Part shown: positions 1-13,315 of the stretch, one piece after another
How the letters are laid out: every line of letters starts with the position of its first letter
How positions within the stretch are numbered: the first letter of the stretch is position 1
From: Octopus sinensis
Taxonomy: Eukaryota
Reading direction: 5' to 3'
DNA: 64,000 nt
Assembly (NCBI RefSeq): GCF_006345805.1
Contig: NC_043008.1
Coordinates: forward strand, 38,130,001-38,194,000
Position numbers and translations under genes: made by a program
The notes under the pieces: model-generated
What the model was told of the DNA's origin: nothing
Database searches by the model: none
The model's input: the letters and a program-made list of their open reading frames with translations, nothing else

Positions 1-1
1 A

Positions 2-235
2 TGGAAAGACAAGAAAAGATGTCAACAAGAAACTATGACATTACAACCAGCCAGGCAAAGTCTTTGCTACATTTGCGGCACCTGCCAGAGGGAGTGTTTG
101 TCCAGGATAGGACTACACAGCCACAGCAGGAGATGTATTAGGACATGAAATGTAAAAGCCGGACTAGATTATTTTATGCGCAACTCCATTGTCTCCCAAC
201 ACAAAAATGGATGCCAACAACAATAACAACAACAG
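2..235 (+). mobile_element. 3' end of an RTE-clade LINE (ORF C-terminus, 3' UTR, (CAA)n tail)
   Basis: Frame from nt 2 reads WKDKKRCQQETMTLQPARQSLCYICGTCQRECLSRIGLHSHSRRCIRT* (stop 146-148), matching the C-terminal CxxC...SRIGLxSH motif of RTE elements. Followed by a short UTR ending ggatgccaacaacaataacaacaac. Confidence 0.8.
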
Positions 236-354
236 GATGAATAACAAATTCAGATCGAGCAAAATCTGAACTTAGAAAAGCTGAGAATCAAAACTATATG
301 GTAAGGAATGCAAATGAAGCATTTCATTAACTTATTATACAGAACTCAATTTCT

Positions 355-566
355 TTGACTTTTTACCATTCAGATTGCTCAGCAAAATGAAAAGCTTATT
401 TACATTACTTTGAATCAATTCTGCATTGTCTTGTTGCTTCAAGACATCAATGATGTGATTAATTATTTTTAGAATGACATTGTAGAGTAGGTGTGACAAG
501 CTGGATCTGGTCAGTTTGAATGTAAAGCAGGTAGAATATTTGAGCCCACCAAGGCCAAAGGGTTAA
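355..566. mobile_element. Degraded TTAA/CCCTTT-ended (piggyBac-like) MITE
   Basis: Ends in aaagggttaa (557-566). Internal sequence (ttaccattcagatt..., tttagaatgacattgtagagtagg) aligns by eye with the copy at 14425-15071. Confidence 0.6.
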
Positions 567-1069
567 TGAAAGTTCTGCAGAAAAAACGTTTAGCTCAGAC
601 AAACTGACTTACTCTGGATCCATTACATGAAGACAGCTTTCAGATATTGTCTTTACTGTTTAATGAGTTAAGTGACTTACAAATATTTTGTAAGAAAACC
701 TCTTATGTCTGGGAAAAATCTTCTAGCATTAGTTTATAGTAATAGCAATATAGTAATTGTGGAAATAGATTTTTTTTTTTCTTTCATAGCTTAGCAATCA
801 AAACATACTTTATATTTTCTGTTTAGATATCTATTATTAGTGTTGGCAAAATTGACAGAGCGTCAGACATAATGCCTCTGAAATTTAGTTGTGTTGCTAT
901 GATCTGAGTTTAGATCTTGTTCAGATTGACTCATCCTTTTCATCTTCTGGTGCCAATGAAATATGTATCAGTCAAGTACAGAGTTTGATTTAATTTACTG
1001 AACACCTCCCTCGAAAAATGTTGGTCTTGTGCTAAAGTTAGAACTTGTTAGCATTGACGTTGGCAGTGT

Positions 1070-1268
1070 TGTCATCATCAGTGTCATCATCATCATCGTC
1101 GTCGTTATCATTATTAACATCATCATTGTTGTCATCATTGTCCTCAGCATCATTACCATCATCATCGTTGTCATCATCATCATCATCATCATCATAATTA
1201 TTGTCATCATTGTCCTCAACATCATTACCATCATCATCGTTGTCATCATCATCATCATCATCATCATC

Positions 1269-1319
<51 letters not shown>

Positions 1320-1378
1320 TATTGTCATCATTGTCCTCAGCATCATTACCATCATCATCGTTGTCATCATTTTTATTG

Positions 1379-1426
<48 letters not shown>

Positions 1427-1535
1427 CTACCACCACCGCCGCCGCCGCTGCCACCATCATCACCACCATCATCCCCATCATCATCATCATCCCCACCACT
1501 GCCGCCGCCGTCATCATCATCATCATCATCATAAT
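1070..1535. repeat. Degenerate (CAT/ATC)n microsatellite with internal higher-order duplications
   Basis: Long CAT tracts; the block ttgtcatcattgtcctc(a/g)catcattaccatcatcatcgttgtcatcat recurs near 1128, 1201 and 1322. Source of the poly-M/I/H/D ORFs. Confidence 0.95.
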
Positions 1536-2030
1536 CGTTGCTGACATCTTTATTGTTGTTATCATTCGAGTGTCAGAAAATGTATTTGTTCTGGTTATTT
1601 ATGTTTTGGATTCAAAACTCACTAAAGTTGACTTCAAAGTCTCCAGCTCAATAAAAATAAAGGGACCAGTCAAACACTGGAATCGATAGCATCACCTACA
1701 CCCTCCCCCCACTCCTAAGACTTGCTAACCTTGTGACAAAATCAGAATAATTTTTTGTCATGGGGAAAAAGGAGATAGTTTAGCAAAAATCATGGACCAT
1801 CAATAAAAATGCCAGAATTAAAATCCCACCATGGTCAACTCTAAATATGATCCTAACAGGAATGATAAAATAAGGTACCAGTCTAGTATTGGGGGCCAAT
1901 GGTGTTCAGAAAGTGCCATCTCTGAGACATTATTGGTCTTGTACCTATATCAAAACATTGCTATTTTTAGTAGTAACTGTGGAATGTCACCAAATATTAT
2001 CTTGCTAGGTATACATATATATCATAGATT

Positions 2031-2433
2031 GTTTCTTTACTACCCACAAGGGGCTAAACAGAGAGAGGACAAACAAGGACAGACAAATGGATCAAGTCGA
2101 TTAGATCGACCCCAGTGCGTAACTGGTACTTATTTAATCGACCCCGAAAGGATGAAAGGCAAAGTCAACCTCGGCAGAATTTGAACTCAGAACGTAGCGG
2201 CAGACGAAATACCTGTTTCATTACTACGCACAAGAGGCTAAACACAGAGATGACAAACAAGGACAGAAAAATGGATCAAGTCGATTACATCAACCCCAGT
2301 GCATAACTGGTACTTAATTTATCGACCCCGAAAGGATGAAAGGCAAAGTCAACCTTGGCGGAATTTGAACTCAGAACGTAGCAGCAGACGAAATACCGCT
2401 AAGCATAATGATTCTGCCAGCTCACTGCCTTCA
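2031..2433 (-). mobile_element. SINE family B, tandem (full + partial) copy
   Basis: Two consecutive copies of the ...gaactcagaacg / gatgaaaggcaaagtcaacc body. Exact 18-bp TSD acatatatatcatagatt at 2013-2030 and 2434-2451. Confidence 0.9.
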
Positions 2434-3009
2434 ACATATATATCATAGATTTGGTAAAAAAAGATCTGCTGATTCCCTTTCATGTATTCTTCCTGAAACT
2501 ACAATTAGGCTTCATATTTACTGAGGTACTATGAAGACATAGTAACTGAGTGATGCCTCCTGTCTCATCTTACCATTATGGATACCTAAACACAAAATAA
2601 CCGTCTGAAAGTTATGCAAATTTGATTTGCTCATAATGATGCTTATGGCAGATGTTTGTTTCGGAATGTATTCTTTGCGTAATGTCATTTTATCATAAAA
2701 TAGCGATAATATTTGCATTTTGTTATATAAATTTCATTTTGTTTATTCTATAATTATACTTTTTGTTTCTTAGCATTTTCCATATCCACATGGGTGGCAT
2801 AATTTTTGCATATATTAGCATTGGTTTATTGTTTTAGTTTAGCGACTGTTCAATGTCCCTTTGTCATTGCATTGCTAACCATTTAACAATCAAATAAGTG
2901 ACTGGCGATGGGGAATTAATTGTTGTTCTATCGCCCGTTTTGCCAGGGGAGCACATACTAACAGCTGCTGTTGTAAGACTTAAACTCGCATCACTTTGGT
3001 TATACATTC

Positions 3010-3232
3010 AGCTGGCAGAACCATTAGCACGCCAGGCGAAATGCGTAGCCGTATTTCGTCTACCGTTACGTTCCGAGTTCAAATTCCACCGAGGTCGACT
3101 TTGCCTTTCATCCTTTCGGGGTCGATAAATTAAGTACCATTTACGCACCGGGGTCGATAAAATCGACTTAAATTCGTTTGTCTGTTCTTATTTGTCCCCT
3201 CTATGTTTAGCCCCTTGTGGGTAGTAAAGAAA
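3010..3232 (+). mobile_element. SINE family B
   Basis: gctggcagaa...gagttcaaattccaccgaggtcgactttgcctttcatcctttcggggtcgat...gtagtaaagaaac; same body as the other B copies. Confidence 0.85.
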
Positions 3233-3261
3233 CATATCTATCTATATATTATATACATACA

Positions 3262-3324
<63 letters not shown>

Positions 3325-4500
3325 CATCATCACACATTTATGTCTCTATATTTGTATTTCATCATTTGGTAACTCGTACTAGTTTGCTTATGTCCTCATA
3401 ACAAAATTAGACTGACAGAACAAAGTGTCATTTCAACATGTCGTAAGTCCAGTAACTAAAACAAGCATAAGTATACAAGAATATATATTATTTTTTTTTA
3501 AGATGTCTAACAAGGAATAAATTCAGTGGTTAATTGTTATTCATGGCTGTATGCATTATACAGTTTATATTTGAACCTGCTGTAGAGAGAACAAAAAAAC
3601 TTGTTATAATTCCATTTTATGAGATGATTACTTTGAGGGAACTTATTTTTAAAATACTTGTGATTATTATTAATAATTACTCTGATTTAAACATATTTAT
3701 AAAATACTTTCATAAAATCCATCCTCATCATAATTATAACAATTAACAGAGAACGAAGATAAATTTAATAAATTATTATTGATGTTATAAGAAAAATGGC
3801 AACATATTTATTGGAATGTTTGTCCATTAGAGATTTAACAAAAATTACACCACTAAATTAAATGATCTGTAGCAACTACTTGATGTTTTCGATTGAAGGA
3901 AATTTATTATTTTACCTAAGTAGGTATTATAAATGACTTTAAAACGCATGAGACAATGAGTTGTGACAATTATAATTGCTGTCAACCATATTAAATATTT
4001 CCATATTCTGTGGTTTTTAAATAATAAATCTGTACTTTTACCTGTCATATTTAAAAGTGATTTCAATTAAACCTGTAACTCTTTCAATCTCTGTTTCATT
4101 CTGTCTTTCGTTTTATCATCCTTTCTTACAATTCTTTCAGTCTTTCCTCCTCTGTCTGTTTCTCCTGCATACACTCACACACACACCTTGTATTGCCGTA
4201 TACATACTTTAGTGATGATGAAGACGATAATGATAATGATGTGAGTGATGTATTAATTATGAAACCAATATGTGCATTCTTACACATAAGTTAGCAACTC
4301 GGTGTAGCTGATGAATATGTGTGCATATATATATATATATGTGTGTATATATATGTGTATATATATGTGTGTATATATATATATATGTGTGTGTATATAT
4401 ATATGTATATATATATATATGTGTGTATATATGTGTATATATATGTATATATATATATACACATATATATATACACACACACATATATATATATATATAT

Positions 4501-4808
4501 CATCATCATCATCATCATCATCGTTTAACGTTCGCTTTTCATGCTGGCATGGGTTGGACGATTTGACTGAGGACTGGCAAACCAGATGGCTGCTCCAGGC
4601 TCCATTCTGATCTGGTAGAGTTTCTACAGCTGGATGCCCTTCCTAATGCCAACCACTCCAAGAGTGTAGTGGGTGATTTTATGTGCCATCGGCACGAGGG
4701 CCAGTCAGGTGGTACTGACAATGGCCATGCTCAAATGGTGCTCTTAGTACTCCACTAGCATAGAAGCCAGTCATCGAATTTGATTTTGACTTCGATTTCA
4801 CTTGCCTC
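4501..4808 (-). mobile_element. Family F retroposon with RTE-type 3' end and (GAT)n tail
   Basis: (cat)n + cgtttaacgttcgcttttcatgctggcatgggttggacg...; matches copies at 19390, 39216, 56190 and 61312. Confidence 0.85.
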
Positions 4809-4917
4809 GTCAGAGAGACAGAGAGAGAGAGAGAGTCAGAGAGAGAGAGTGGACAAATAAAAGAAAAATGCACTCAACACATTTTAATAGAAGTTACATG
4901 TATTATTTTTTAAAGCA

Positions 4918-5064
4918 GTTTGATTCGGCTCTATGTGACTTAACATTTTGTAGGCTTCATACAGAAACCTGTTCAGGCTCAGATTATCATTAATCTGAGC
5001 CCAAATGAGCTGGGATTCTGCATGAAGTCTACAAAACATTAAGTCGCATGGAGCCAATTCAAAC
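4918..5064. repeat. Diverged inverted repeat / hairpin (~147 bp)
   Basis: Left arm gtttgattcggctctatgtgacttaacattttgtaggcttcat...ggctcagatta pairs with taatctgagcc...atgaagtctacaaaacattaagtcgcatggagccaattcaaac around a 4-nt loop (4987-4990). Confidence 0.85.
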
Positions 5065-5811
5065 TCTTTATATGTGTGTGCGTGTGTGTGTGTGTGTGTG
5101 TGCATGTGTGTGTGTATTTGGTGGGTATTTGTGTGGGTGTGTTTGCATGCACTCACATAGCTACATGCTAACAATAATCCTTATCTTACAGATGATAAAC
5201 AATGACAGTTTTAGTAAAGAACAACCATCAGTTTTTGCTGTTTGTATTTGACTAACGCTGTGATTAATTGTAATCATTTTAATTTTCAATTAACTTCCTC
5301 CAGTGTTACTGTTTACTGTTGTAGATTACAGCTGTAGGAAGGATAGTTTTAATTAATTTGACATCTCATCCATCTACGCTTATCAGTCAAATGGATGTAG
5401 ACTTTGTGTGCTTTCTCTGTACTTTTATTTATTTTATGTATATTTGTTATAATATTAATCTTCTACGAAGGAAAACAAGAATTTAAAAAAAAAGGTTTTT
5501 TAAAAAAATACAAGACTGTCATAGTAAATGGAAGCTGTGGCAAATGTGAACACGTGCAGATTTCCTAAAATTCAAAATGTACTCTTTTTATGTTCATTGA
5601 TACTAGTTGGAAACTTATCTTGGAATAGGCAATCAATTATAGCAGTTGAAATATGCATGATTGTAGAGAAAGTGTAAGAGAGAGAGAGAAAAGGATGTGT
5701 ATGTGTGTGTGTGTGTGTGAATGTTCTTATATGCAGACAGAATATATAGATAACTTGAGCGGAAGATAAACAGTTGATTGACTGATAGAGAAAGGAAGAT
5801 AGATCGATAGG

Positions 5812-5851
<40 letters not shown>

Positions 5852-6764
5852 GAGGGAGAGAGGGAGAGAGACAGATATACAGAGAGAGATAGGAGTAGAT
5901 TGATGAAGAAAAGGGAGCAATGTGAGAAAGATAGAAACAAACAAACAAATACATTCTATTCTACAAGACATCTAATGTAAAATATTTAATTGTTTAGCAT
6001 TGTAAAATTTCAGAACTTTTTCATCAAGAATAAATGAGAATGCCTGGTGCAGAGAGTGCAGAATTCTTAGTTTTTTTTTTTTTATGAGTTCTGTATCATG
6101 TCCTTAAACATTTCTCAAGTCCTTCTGAGTTGAAATACTGCCAGAATTTTTGTGAACCATTTAGTCCGATAGAATGAGTTGTGCTCCTTTATTTTCTTCA
6201 TGGTATCTGTATTTGGTAGGAGAAAAAGTGACAGCTATATTCTAACTAAAATCCTGGCCTGAATGCCTGCAACAATATGAACTCTACTACAGGTTCCAGA
6301 GGACCAGGATGTGCTAGTATTAAATTGGGCAATGCATTAAGGAATTTTTACCCAAGTACTCAGAATGCAAAAAGCTGGAGCAAATAGTACAAGACATCTT
6401 GTTTGATACCCTCCAGATCAGGTTGGGAAAATCCTGCTACAGGTACCATGAAACCCAACACTACCTGTTTTGTGATAAGGTAGTCAGGTTGTCAGTTTCT
6501 CCACTTGGCTTGCCAGATGAGGAGGGTGTTGTGGATACATTGCAAGACTTGTCAAAGGATGGATGAGCTCATTGTGAACCAATGGCCATCCACCTTAGTG
6601 TCTCATATAAACATCCTGCATGTAAGCTCCAAGACCATATGCATGAAAACGCCAATGAAAGACATACCATGCTCTTGAGTTGGAATCGGTATCTATGTGT
6701 AATGTGGCATAGAGCAGAGAAGTTCAGTGCTCTAAGAACTCTGCCAATCAACTGTTTTGATTCA

Positions 6765-7418
6765 TTAACCCTATTATGCTGTATTCCAAAATGCTGTATT
6801 CCCAAATAGCCTAAGTGTCATCTCTCTCACATTCCCACTAAAATAGTTATGAGCAATTCATGTATAGAAATAAGACAAAATACTAAAATTAGGCAACTGA
6901 TCACATTGTAACTTTGTAGCCAAGAGTATTTACAACTCACTTTTAATGGTGTACCCCATGAAAGCTGTTGTTTACTTTTGTTTTTTTTTTAATGAAAAAA
7001 CAAATGGATTTTCCAATGAAACAAGCATGTGATGAACCAAGCACTTCCTTTGCTAAACAAGCAAGGCATAGACTTTCTACAGTCGAGGAAATAATTGAGG
7101 ATATTTGTTTATGGGTGAACAGATTATCCTTATGCAGACAATGATAGTGATTCAGGCAATCAAAATGGTGAAAGTGATGAGGAAAACAGTGACTTGGGTG
7201 AACAAATATAATTTTTGAGAGATAGGTCTATTAGTGTTATTCTAAATTTGCTCTGTGATTCTATCCACTAGTTTGCCTGCAATGGACAAATATTTTCGTT
7301 ATTCTCTGGAATTTTTTTTTTTTGTGTGATTTTGTGTGATTTTGCCTGCAATAGTTACTTTTAAACTGTGTATGATACAACATATTTATTTTGCTCAGGA
7401 ACCCATGTTGAGGGTGAA
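6765..7418 (+). mobile_element. Possible internally deleted piggyBac-like element
   Basis: ttaaccct at 6765 and agggtgaa at 7411-7418. Broken reading frame from 7004 (MDFPMKQACDEPSTSFAKQARHRLSTVEEIIEDI... then DNDSDSGNQNGESDEENSD) is reminiscent of acidic transposase N-termini. TIR match is weak. Confidence 0.35.
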
Positions 7419-8419
7419 GTTAGATTCAGGGGCCCGGGTCTGAGAGAGTTAAAAAAAAGTCAACCTTCATGAAATTTGAACTCAGAGTACAGAGAAGGGT
7501 CCTATGCCTTAATGACCCTGTAAATTTGCTATATATTTGGTTTTGTCTGTTGTTCATATGTACCAGTAATATACTGGTACATATACTGATACCAACTCTA
7601 TCCCCACCACCAACACCACCACCACTCCCCATGAAAAAATGGTCTCATTCTGAGTAAAAAGAAAAATCAATATTGCGTTTTTCAATTGTTATTCAAACTC
7701 AACTGCTACCATTCTCGCATTGAAATGTTCAGAGACAATAAAATAAACTGACAGAAATCTCCCTCTTGTAGTTTTATCTAAGAACACAATGATTATGATC
7801 AAGTAACAAGTTTTCTCTTCAAAGGCAAGTCTAGCAAATGAATGGAGCATGATTCTCAACTATAGTTTCTCACCAGAGTGGAAAGAGACTTTGTATTACA
7901 AGAGTGCATTTATTTTAACAAGAAATAATGCAAAAATAAATAAAATTATTGATTTGATGGCTATGACACCGCCCCACACTATGTTGATTGCCATTTGTAT
8001 AAAAACGTTTTTTTATTAATTTTTATTATTATTATTTCTTTTTTTTTACTGATTAGAAAATGCATAAATTGCCATTAAATTACATTAGTTTATTATCAGA
8101 GTTCTTTTGTTTGTTTTTATTTTATTTTGATTTTATTTTGATTTTGCTTTTTATTATTGCAGTCAGTCAAATGTATAAATCTTGTTTTAAGGAGAGAACG
8201 AAAGTAACTTAGTTTGTTGTACGCTATCAGTTAATGTTTTCGCTCTTAAGTATTGAATAGAGAGGAAATCTAACAGAAATTTAAATGATTCTTCAATTCA
8301 ACTAAAATATTGAAAAACTGTATTCACAAGACTAAAAGAAAAAACGTGAAATGTATGCAAAAGGGGGTTGTTTTAATCAAATAATACTATGCTATATCAT
8401 ATATTTGTTTTAGTCTATT

Positions 8420-8441
8420 ATTGTCATTATTATTATTATTG

Positions 8442-8539
<98 letters not shown>

Positions 8540-8616
8540 CTTTATCAAATTGGTAATTGTTATCATTAATATTGTTATTATTATTATAAATCATTATTAC
8601 TATCATTATGATTATG

Positions 8617-8670
<54 letters not shown>

Positions 8671-8730
8671 AAATCGATAATTGCTATTATCATTAATATT
8701 GCTGTTGTTGTTGCTGTTGTTGTTGTTATT
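8420..8730. repeat. (TAT)n / (TGT)n microsatellite complex
   Basis: Direct inspection. Confidence 0.95.
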
Positions 8731-8802
8731 TCTTATTAAACTTCAACTAAGTTAGATAAAAGCAAACAAAAACACTGAAATGCATGCAGAATTATTTTAT
8801 CT

Positions 8803-8886
8803 TTTTTTTTCTATTTTTTTTTCTATTTTTTTTTCTATTTTTTTTTCTATTTTTTTTTCTATTTTTTTTTCTATTTTTTTTTCTAT
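8803..8886. repeat. Short tandem repeat, unit ~T(8-9)CTA, about 7 copies
   Basis: ttttttttctattttttttt ctatttttttttcta... read directly. Confidence 0.9.
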
Positions 8887-9789
8887 TATCCAATAAACAT
8901 CTTTGTGCAATTATTACCCTAATTTGAAATGGTAACATCATTTATATGCATGAAGATATGTGCTGATTAATAGAGGTGCAGTTGCTACTGAACTTCATAA
9001 TGTTAACAATTAAATAACTTCATGGCATTAGAGCAATTTTTAAAAAAGTGTTGGTTAAGAGCTTTGTAAATTAGTTATTAACAAAGTTAGTAGTGATTGT
9101 TTGGCTAAACTAATACAATCTTTGCACACAAAGGCATACCTGAAGAATCAGCGTTTGGGGAAGAAGAATCTGCAATGAATAACATTTGGAATTTTTATAC
9201 GTTAATATACTAATAGAAAATAAGGTAGAATATCATTTGACAGGCTTAAAAACTGCCACTGTGAAAATACATACACACACACACACACACACACAAACAC
9301 ACACATACACACACACCATGCACGAATATGCATATCAAATGTACTAAAATTCAAGTGGAATCTGGAAAAATTTAAGTGAAAGACCCTTGAAAAGAAAAAA
9401 AGGTAATATGATTTTTAACAAGAATCTAGCAAATTAATTTGTTCTATAAATGAAAACATAGGATTTTGCTATGATTTCTTCCAATATTCGGGTACTCCCT
9501 TTGCTGCCAGCATTGGTATTGTAGTAATCATCATTGCCATGACTGCTGCTACCACTGCTACTGACAATGCTGCCATCACCATCATTGCTTCTTAGTATTT
9601 ACTTTTCCATGCATGGGTCAAATGGAATTGGTTGAGGCAAATTTTCCATAGGCGTAATGCTCTTCCTTCTCTCCAACATTTATTAGTGTACAAATAGGGT
9701 AATATTTCTCCCATGCCAGACATGGTTCCTTGGAAGACTAGAAATGAATAGCACCGCTTTTATGACAATGCTGACATTTTGGAGGAGAG

Positions 9790-9962
9790 ACTGGTCGATT
9801 ACATTGACCCCCCAGTATTCAATTGGTACTTATTTTATCAACCCTGAAAGGATGAAAGGCAAAGACAACCTTGGCGGAATTTGAACTCAGAATGTAAAGA
9901 CAGATGAAATGCCACTAAGCATTTTGCCCTGTGTGCTCACAATTCTGCCAGCTTGCTGCCTT
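9790..9962 (-). mobile_element. SINE family B
   Basis: gatgaaaggcaaagacaaccttggcggaatttgaactcagaatg...attctgccagcttgctgccttaa, adjoining a (TAA/CAA)n tract. Confidence 0.8.
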
Positions 9963-10079
9963 AATAACAACAACAACAATAATAATTATTATGATAGTAA
10001 TAATAATAATAATAACAATAATAATAATAATAACAACAACAAAAACAACAACAATAATAATATATATATATATCTTCTT

Positions 10080-10490
10080 CTTTTCTTTTCTTTTACTTGT
10101 TTCAGTCATTTGACTACGGCCATGCTGGAGCACCGCCTTTAGTCGAGCAACTCGACACCGGGACTTATTCTTTGTAAGCCCAGTACTTATTCTATCGGTC
10201 TCTTTTTGCCGAACTGCTAAGTGACGGGGACGTAAACACACCAGCATCGGTTTTCAAGCAATGCTAGGGGGACAAACACAGACACACAAATACACGCATA
10301 CATATATATATATACATATATATGACAGGCTTCTTTCAGTTTCTGCCTACCAAATCCACTCACAAGGCATTGGTCGGCCTGGGGCTATAGCAGAAGACAC
10401 TTGCCCAAGATGCCACGCAGTGGGACTGAACCCGGAACCATGTGGCTGGTTAGCAAGCTACTTACCACACAGCCACTCCTACGCCTATAT
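10080..10490 (-). mobile_element. SINE family A (tRNA-derived head, central AC/TA microsatellite, (GAGTAAAA)-like tail)
   Basis: Reverse complement of ggagtggctgtgtggtaagtagc...ggttccgggttcagtcccactgcgtggca...cttgggcaagtgtctt. Near-identical copies occur elsewhere in the window. Confidence 0.9.
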
Positions 10491-11405
10491 ATATATATGC
10501 TTTTTTGATTTTCTGTTTACAAAATCCGCACTCAAGGCTATGAGGCTATGGTTAACCTGGAGCTATATAATAAAAGACATTTGCTCAAAGATCAATGTGA
10601 TGGAACTGAACCTGAAACTACGGGGTCAGGAAGCAAACTTCTTATCTACAGAGACTACATATATGACAAAGAAAAATGCATTTGCTATTCTCTAAATAAA
10701 ACTAAAATTAAAATCTTCTACTCCATGAATCTTTTTTTTTTTTTACAGATAGAGGTTTTAACCTTTGAAATTCTTGTACAGCATACAAAATATGTATTCA
10801 TCTTGGAATCAGATTTTTGGGGTAAACTGTGATGTGTATGTTATAGTAAATTCCTCAAATTCAGAGCTGTCAGTAAACCAAGGATGAATTTAATTTACTA
10901 AATTGTCAAATCTAGCCGAGTAGATGAGTTATCAGGCTGTTGGTTGTCTCTAATTTGGTTTCTGTCCTCAAGCTAACATTGTGTGACATCATCTAATGAA
11001 TTATTTAATTTTAGTTGTGCTCCAAGTTGAAGCGATGTTTGCTTCTAATTGTTTACATAAGAATTATATTGAAAGTCTTGTTTCTTCAAGGCTGTTAAAT
11101 CTGTGCTTAAGATATAATGGTTATAGCAATATATTGAGAGAATTATTCTTCATAACAATAGATTTTGCAGCTAATATGCAGAGGCTATAATTTCAGGAAA
11201 ATAGTGAGAGAACAAAAAAAATGCTTCTTTCAAATGATTATGACATTTTTAGTGCAGCCTATTCTTATTAACGTGGCACTGCTATCCGACCATTAATTTT
11301 ATAAATTAGAAACCCTATAGATTTTGTTTCTTTCTTATGTTTTCCAGTGATAGCACAAAATAAAATTATTAATATTTTTTATACTCAATAATATCACATA
11401 ATAAA

Positions 11406-11444
<39 letters not shown>

Positions 11445-11445
<1 letters not shown>

Positions 11446-11993
11446 TCCTGATGCAGTACCAGGCAGTGGCTCTCGTGGCTTCTGATCTTAATGGATTGGA
11501 AGTGTTATCATGTACATTGATTTGTCTTGGGCTACAGATGGGCTACAGCAAATATTCTGCTCAATAACACAGATTTGCTTGTTAGTTGTTTGGCCTTAAC
11601 CAGCATGTCCCTTAGTGGCTGATGATATATGCATCCCTGATCACGAGCAGAAGTAGTGGGGGAGCATCATAGCTATGTGTTGAGAGGGATTCCTTGGGGT
11701 GTGAATAATTCACCTCTGGAAACGTGGGTGGTTTGTTTAATATCCTTAAACAACCCTTATTCAGGGACCTTTTGAGCAGGATGGGTTACTCGACCAGAAG
11801 AAAATTCTAACTGGGCCCCACCTGCAAGGTCATGTGCTGTTTATCTTGATATGAGATCACCATGTCGTGCACATATGGTTGTGATGCATGTACCTGGTGT
11901 ACCCTTATCAGATGAGCAGTCATGATGGGTATACTGCGCTTAATATATTTTACCCCAGTGTCACTTTGATGGCATGAACTGCTCTCTCATTCA
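11445..11993. mobile_element. ~550-bp non-coding element embedded in a (TAA)n microsatellite
   Basis: Higher-GC complex sequence bounded on both sides by pure TAA arrays (11405-11444; 11994-12130). No ORF. Interpretation as a mobile element is inference. Confidence 0.55.
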
Positions 11994-11999
11994 ATAATG

Positions 12000-12111
<112 letters not shown>

Positions 12112-12862
12112 TGATGATGATGATAATAATAATCTATAAATACAGCATATGATAATTCCTCTCAGGATGTACTGGAATCATACACTAGGAATCATTTGCT
12201 TTCAAAATACTACATTTTTATAAAAGTTGAAAATTTTTCAAAAATGTCTTTCTGTATTGTTAATTTGAAAATAAAAATAATTCTCTGATTCCGGGTAGTT
12301 AGGCCAGATATATTAACTTGGTACTCAGATTGAATCAACTAGAAAAAGAATGTATCTAGACAAGTTGTAATGAAAACATAAGTGGACAGATCATAGATGT
12401 CTCAGAAATAATCACATCTCGAAGTAGATAATGGCAGTAACCATAGCAACTAAACTATACTTATGGGCAATAAAAATCAAGAAAGCAGTCAGGAGTATAG
12501 ATTTCAGTCCAATTCTGTGAATCCCAGGCCCATAAAAACTAGATGGTAAAAGAGAAGTAATCAAAATTGAAAAATAGCTAAAAGACATTTAACCATTCGC
12601 TCCACTCAAATCATGGTAGAGAAATATAATTTTAAATGCATTTAGCTCAGAACTTTGAACAGAGTTATTGAGAGGGAATGGAAACCGTTTGATTGCACAG
12701 AAGAATAAACTTCATGGCACTAGCTCTATACAAATAATATTGTCAGATGGCATAATTTATCCCGTTAACCTATTCTATTGTTGAAATTCATCAGTGAAAT
12801 AGGGAATGTATGCCTATATATATATATATATAAGAATGTATTTATAGATATGTATGTGTGTG

Positions 12863-12920
<58 letters not shown>

Positions 12921-13315
12921 ATGCATGTGTGTGTGTATTTATATATACATATGTGTATATATGTATATACACAAGCATTATATATGTACGTTTGTATGTA
13001 TATGTGTATAATTTATTGAAGTTAACTTTGGTAATTTCATGAAATAATATATCTAGCTTTCAATTTGATTTAGTGTTGCAACAGCCATTTCAATCAGATG
13101 TGTGACTTTTTTTCGCATTCAATAAAATATGAAATTTCAAAGATAGTTTCTTTACTAAAGAAGCATTCCTAATTCAGATTAGATTCTATATAATCGAAAC
13201 CTGTCATGCATTTTTCAATTAGTTTATTGCTTTCCAAATAATTGGTATTAAAACAATCATCTATGTTTATTGTGTATATAAATATAAATAAATATATATA
13301 TGTGTGTGTGTGTAT

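Noticed and set aside
995-1689. Long ORFs (up to 175 aa) rich in M/I/H/D/S
   Set aside because: Translations of a CAT/GAT trinucleotide array; no splice or domain support.
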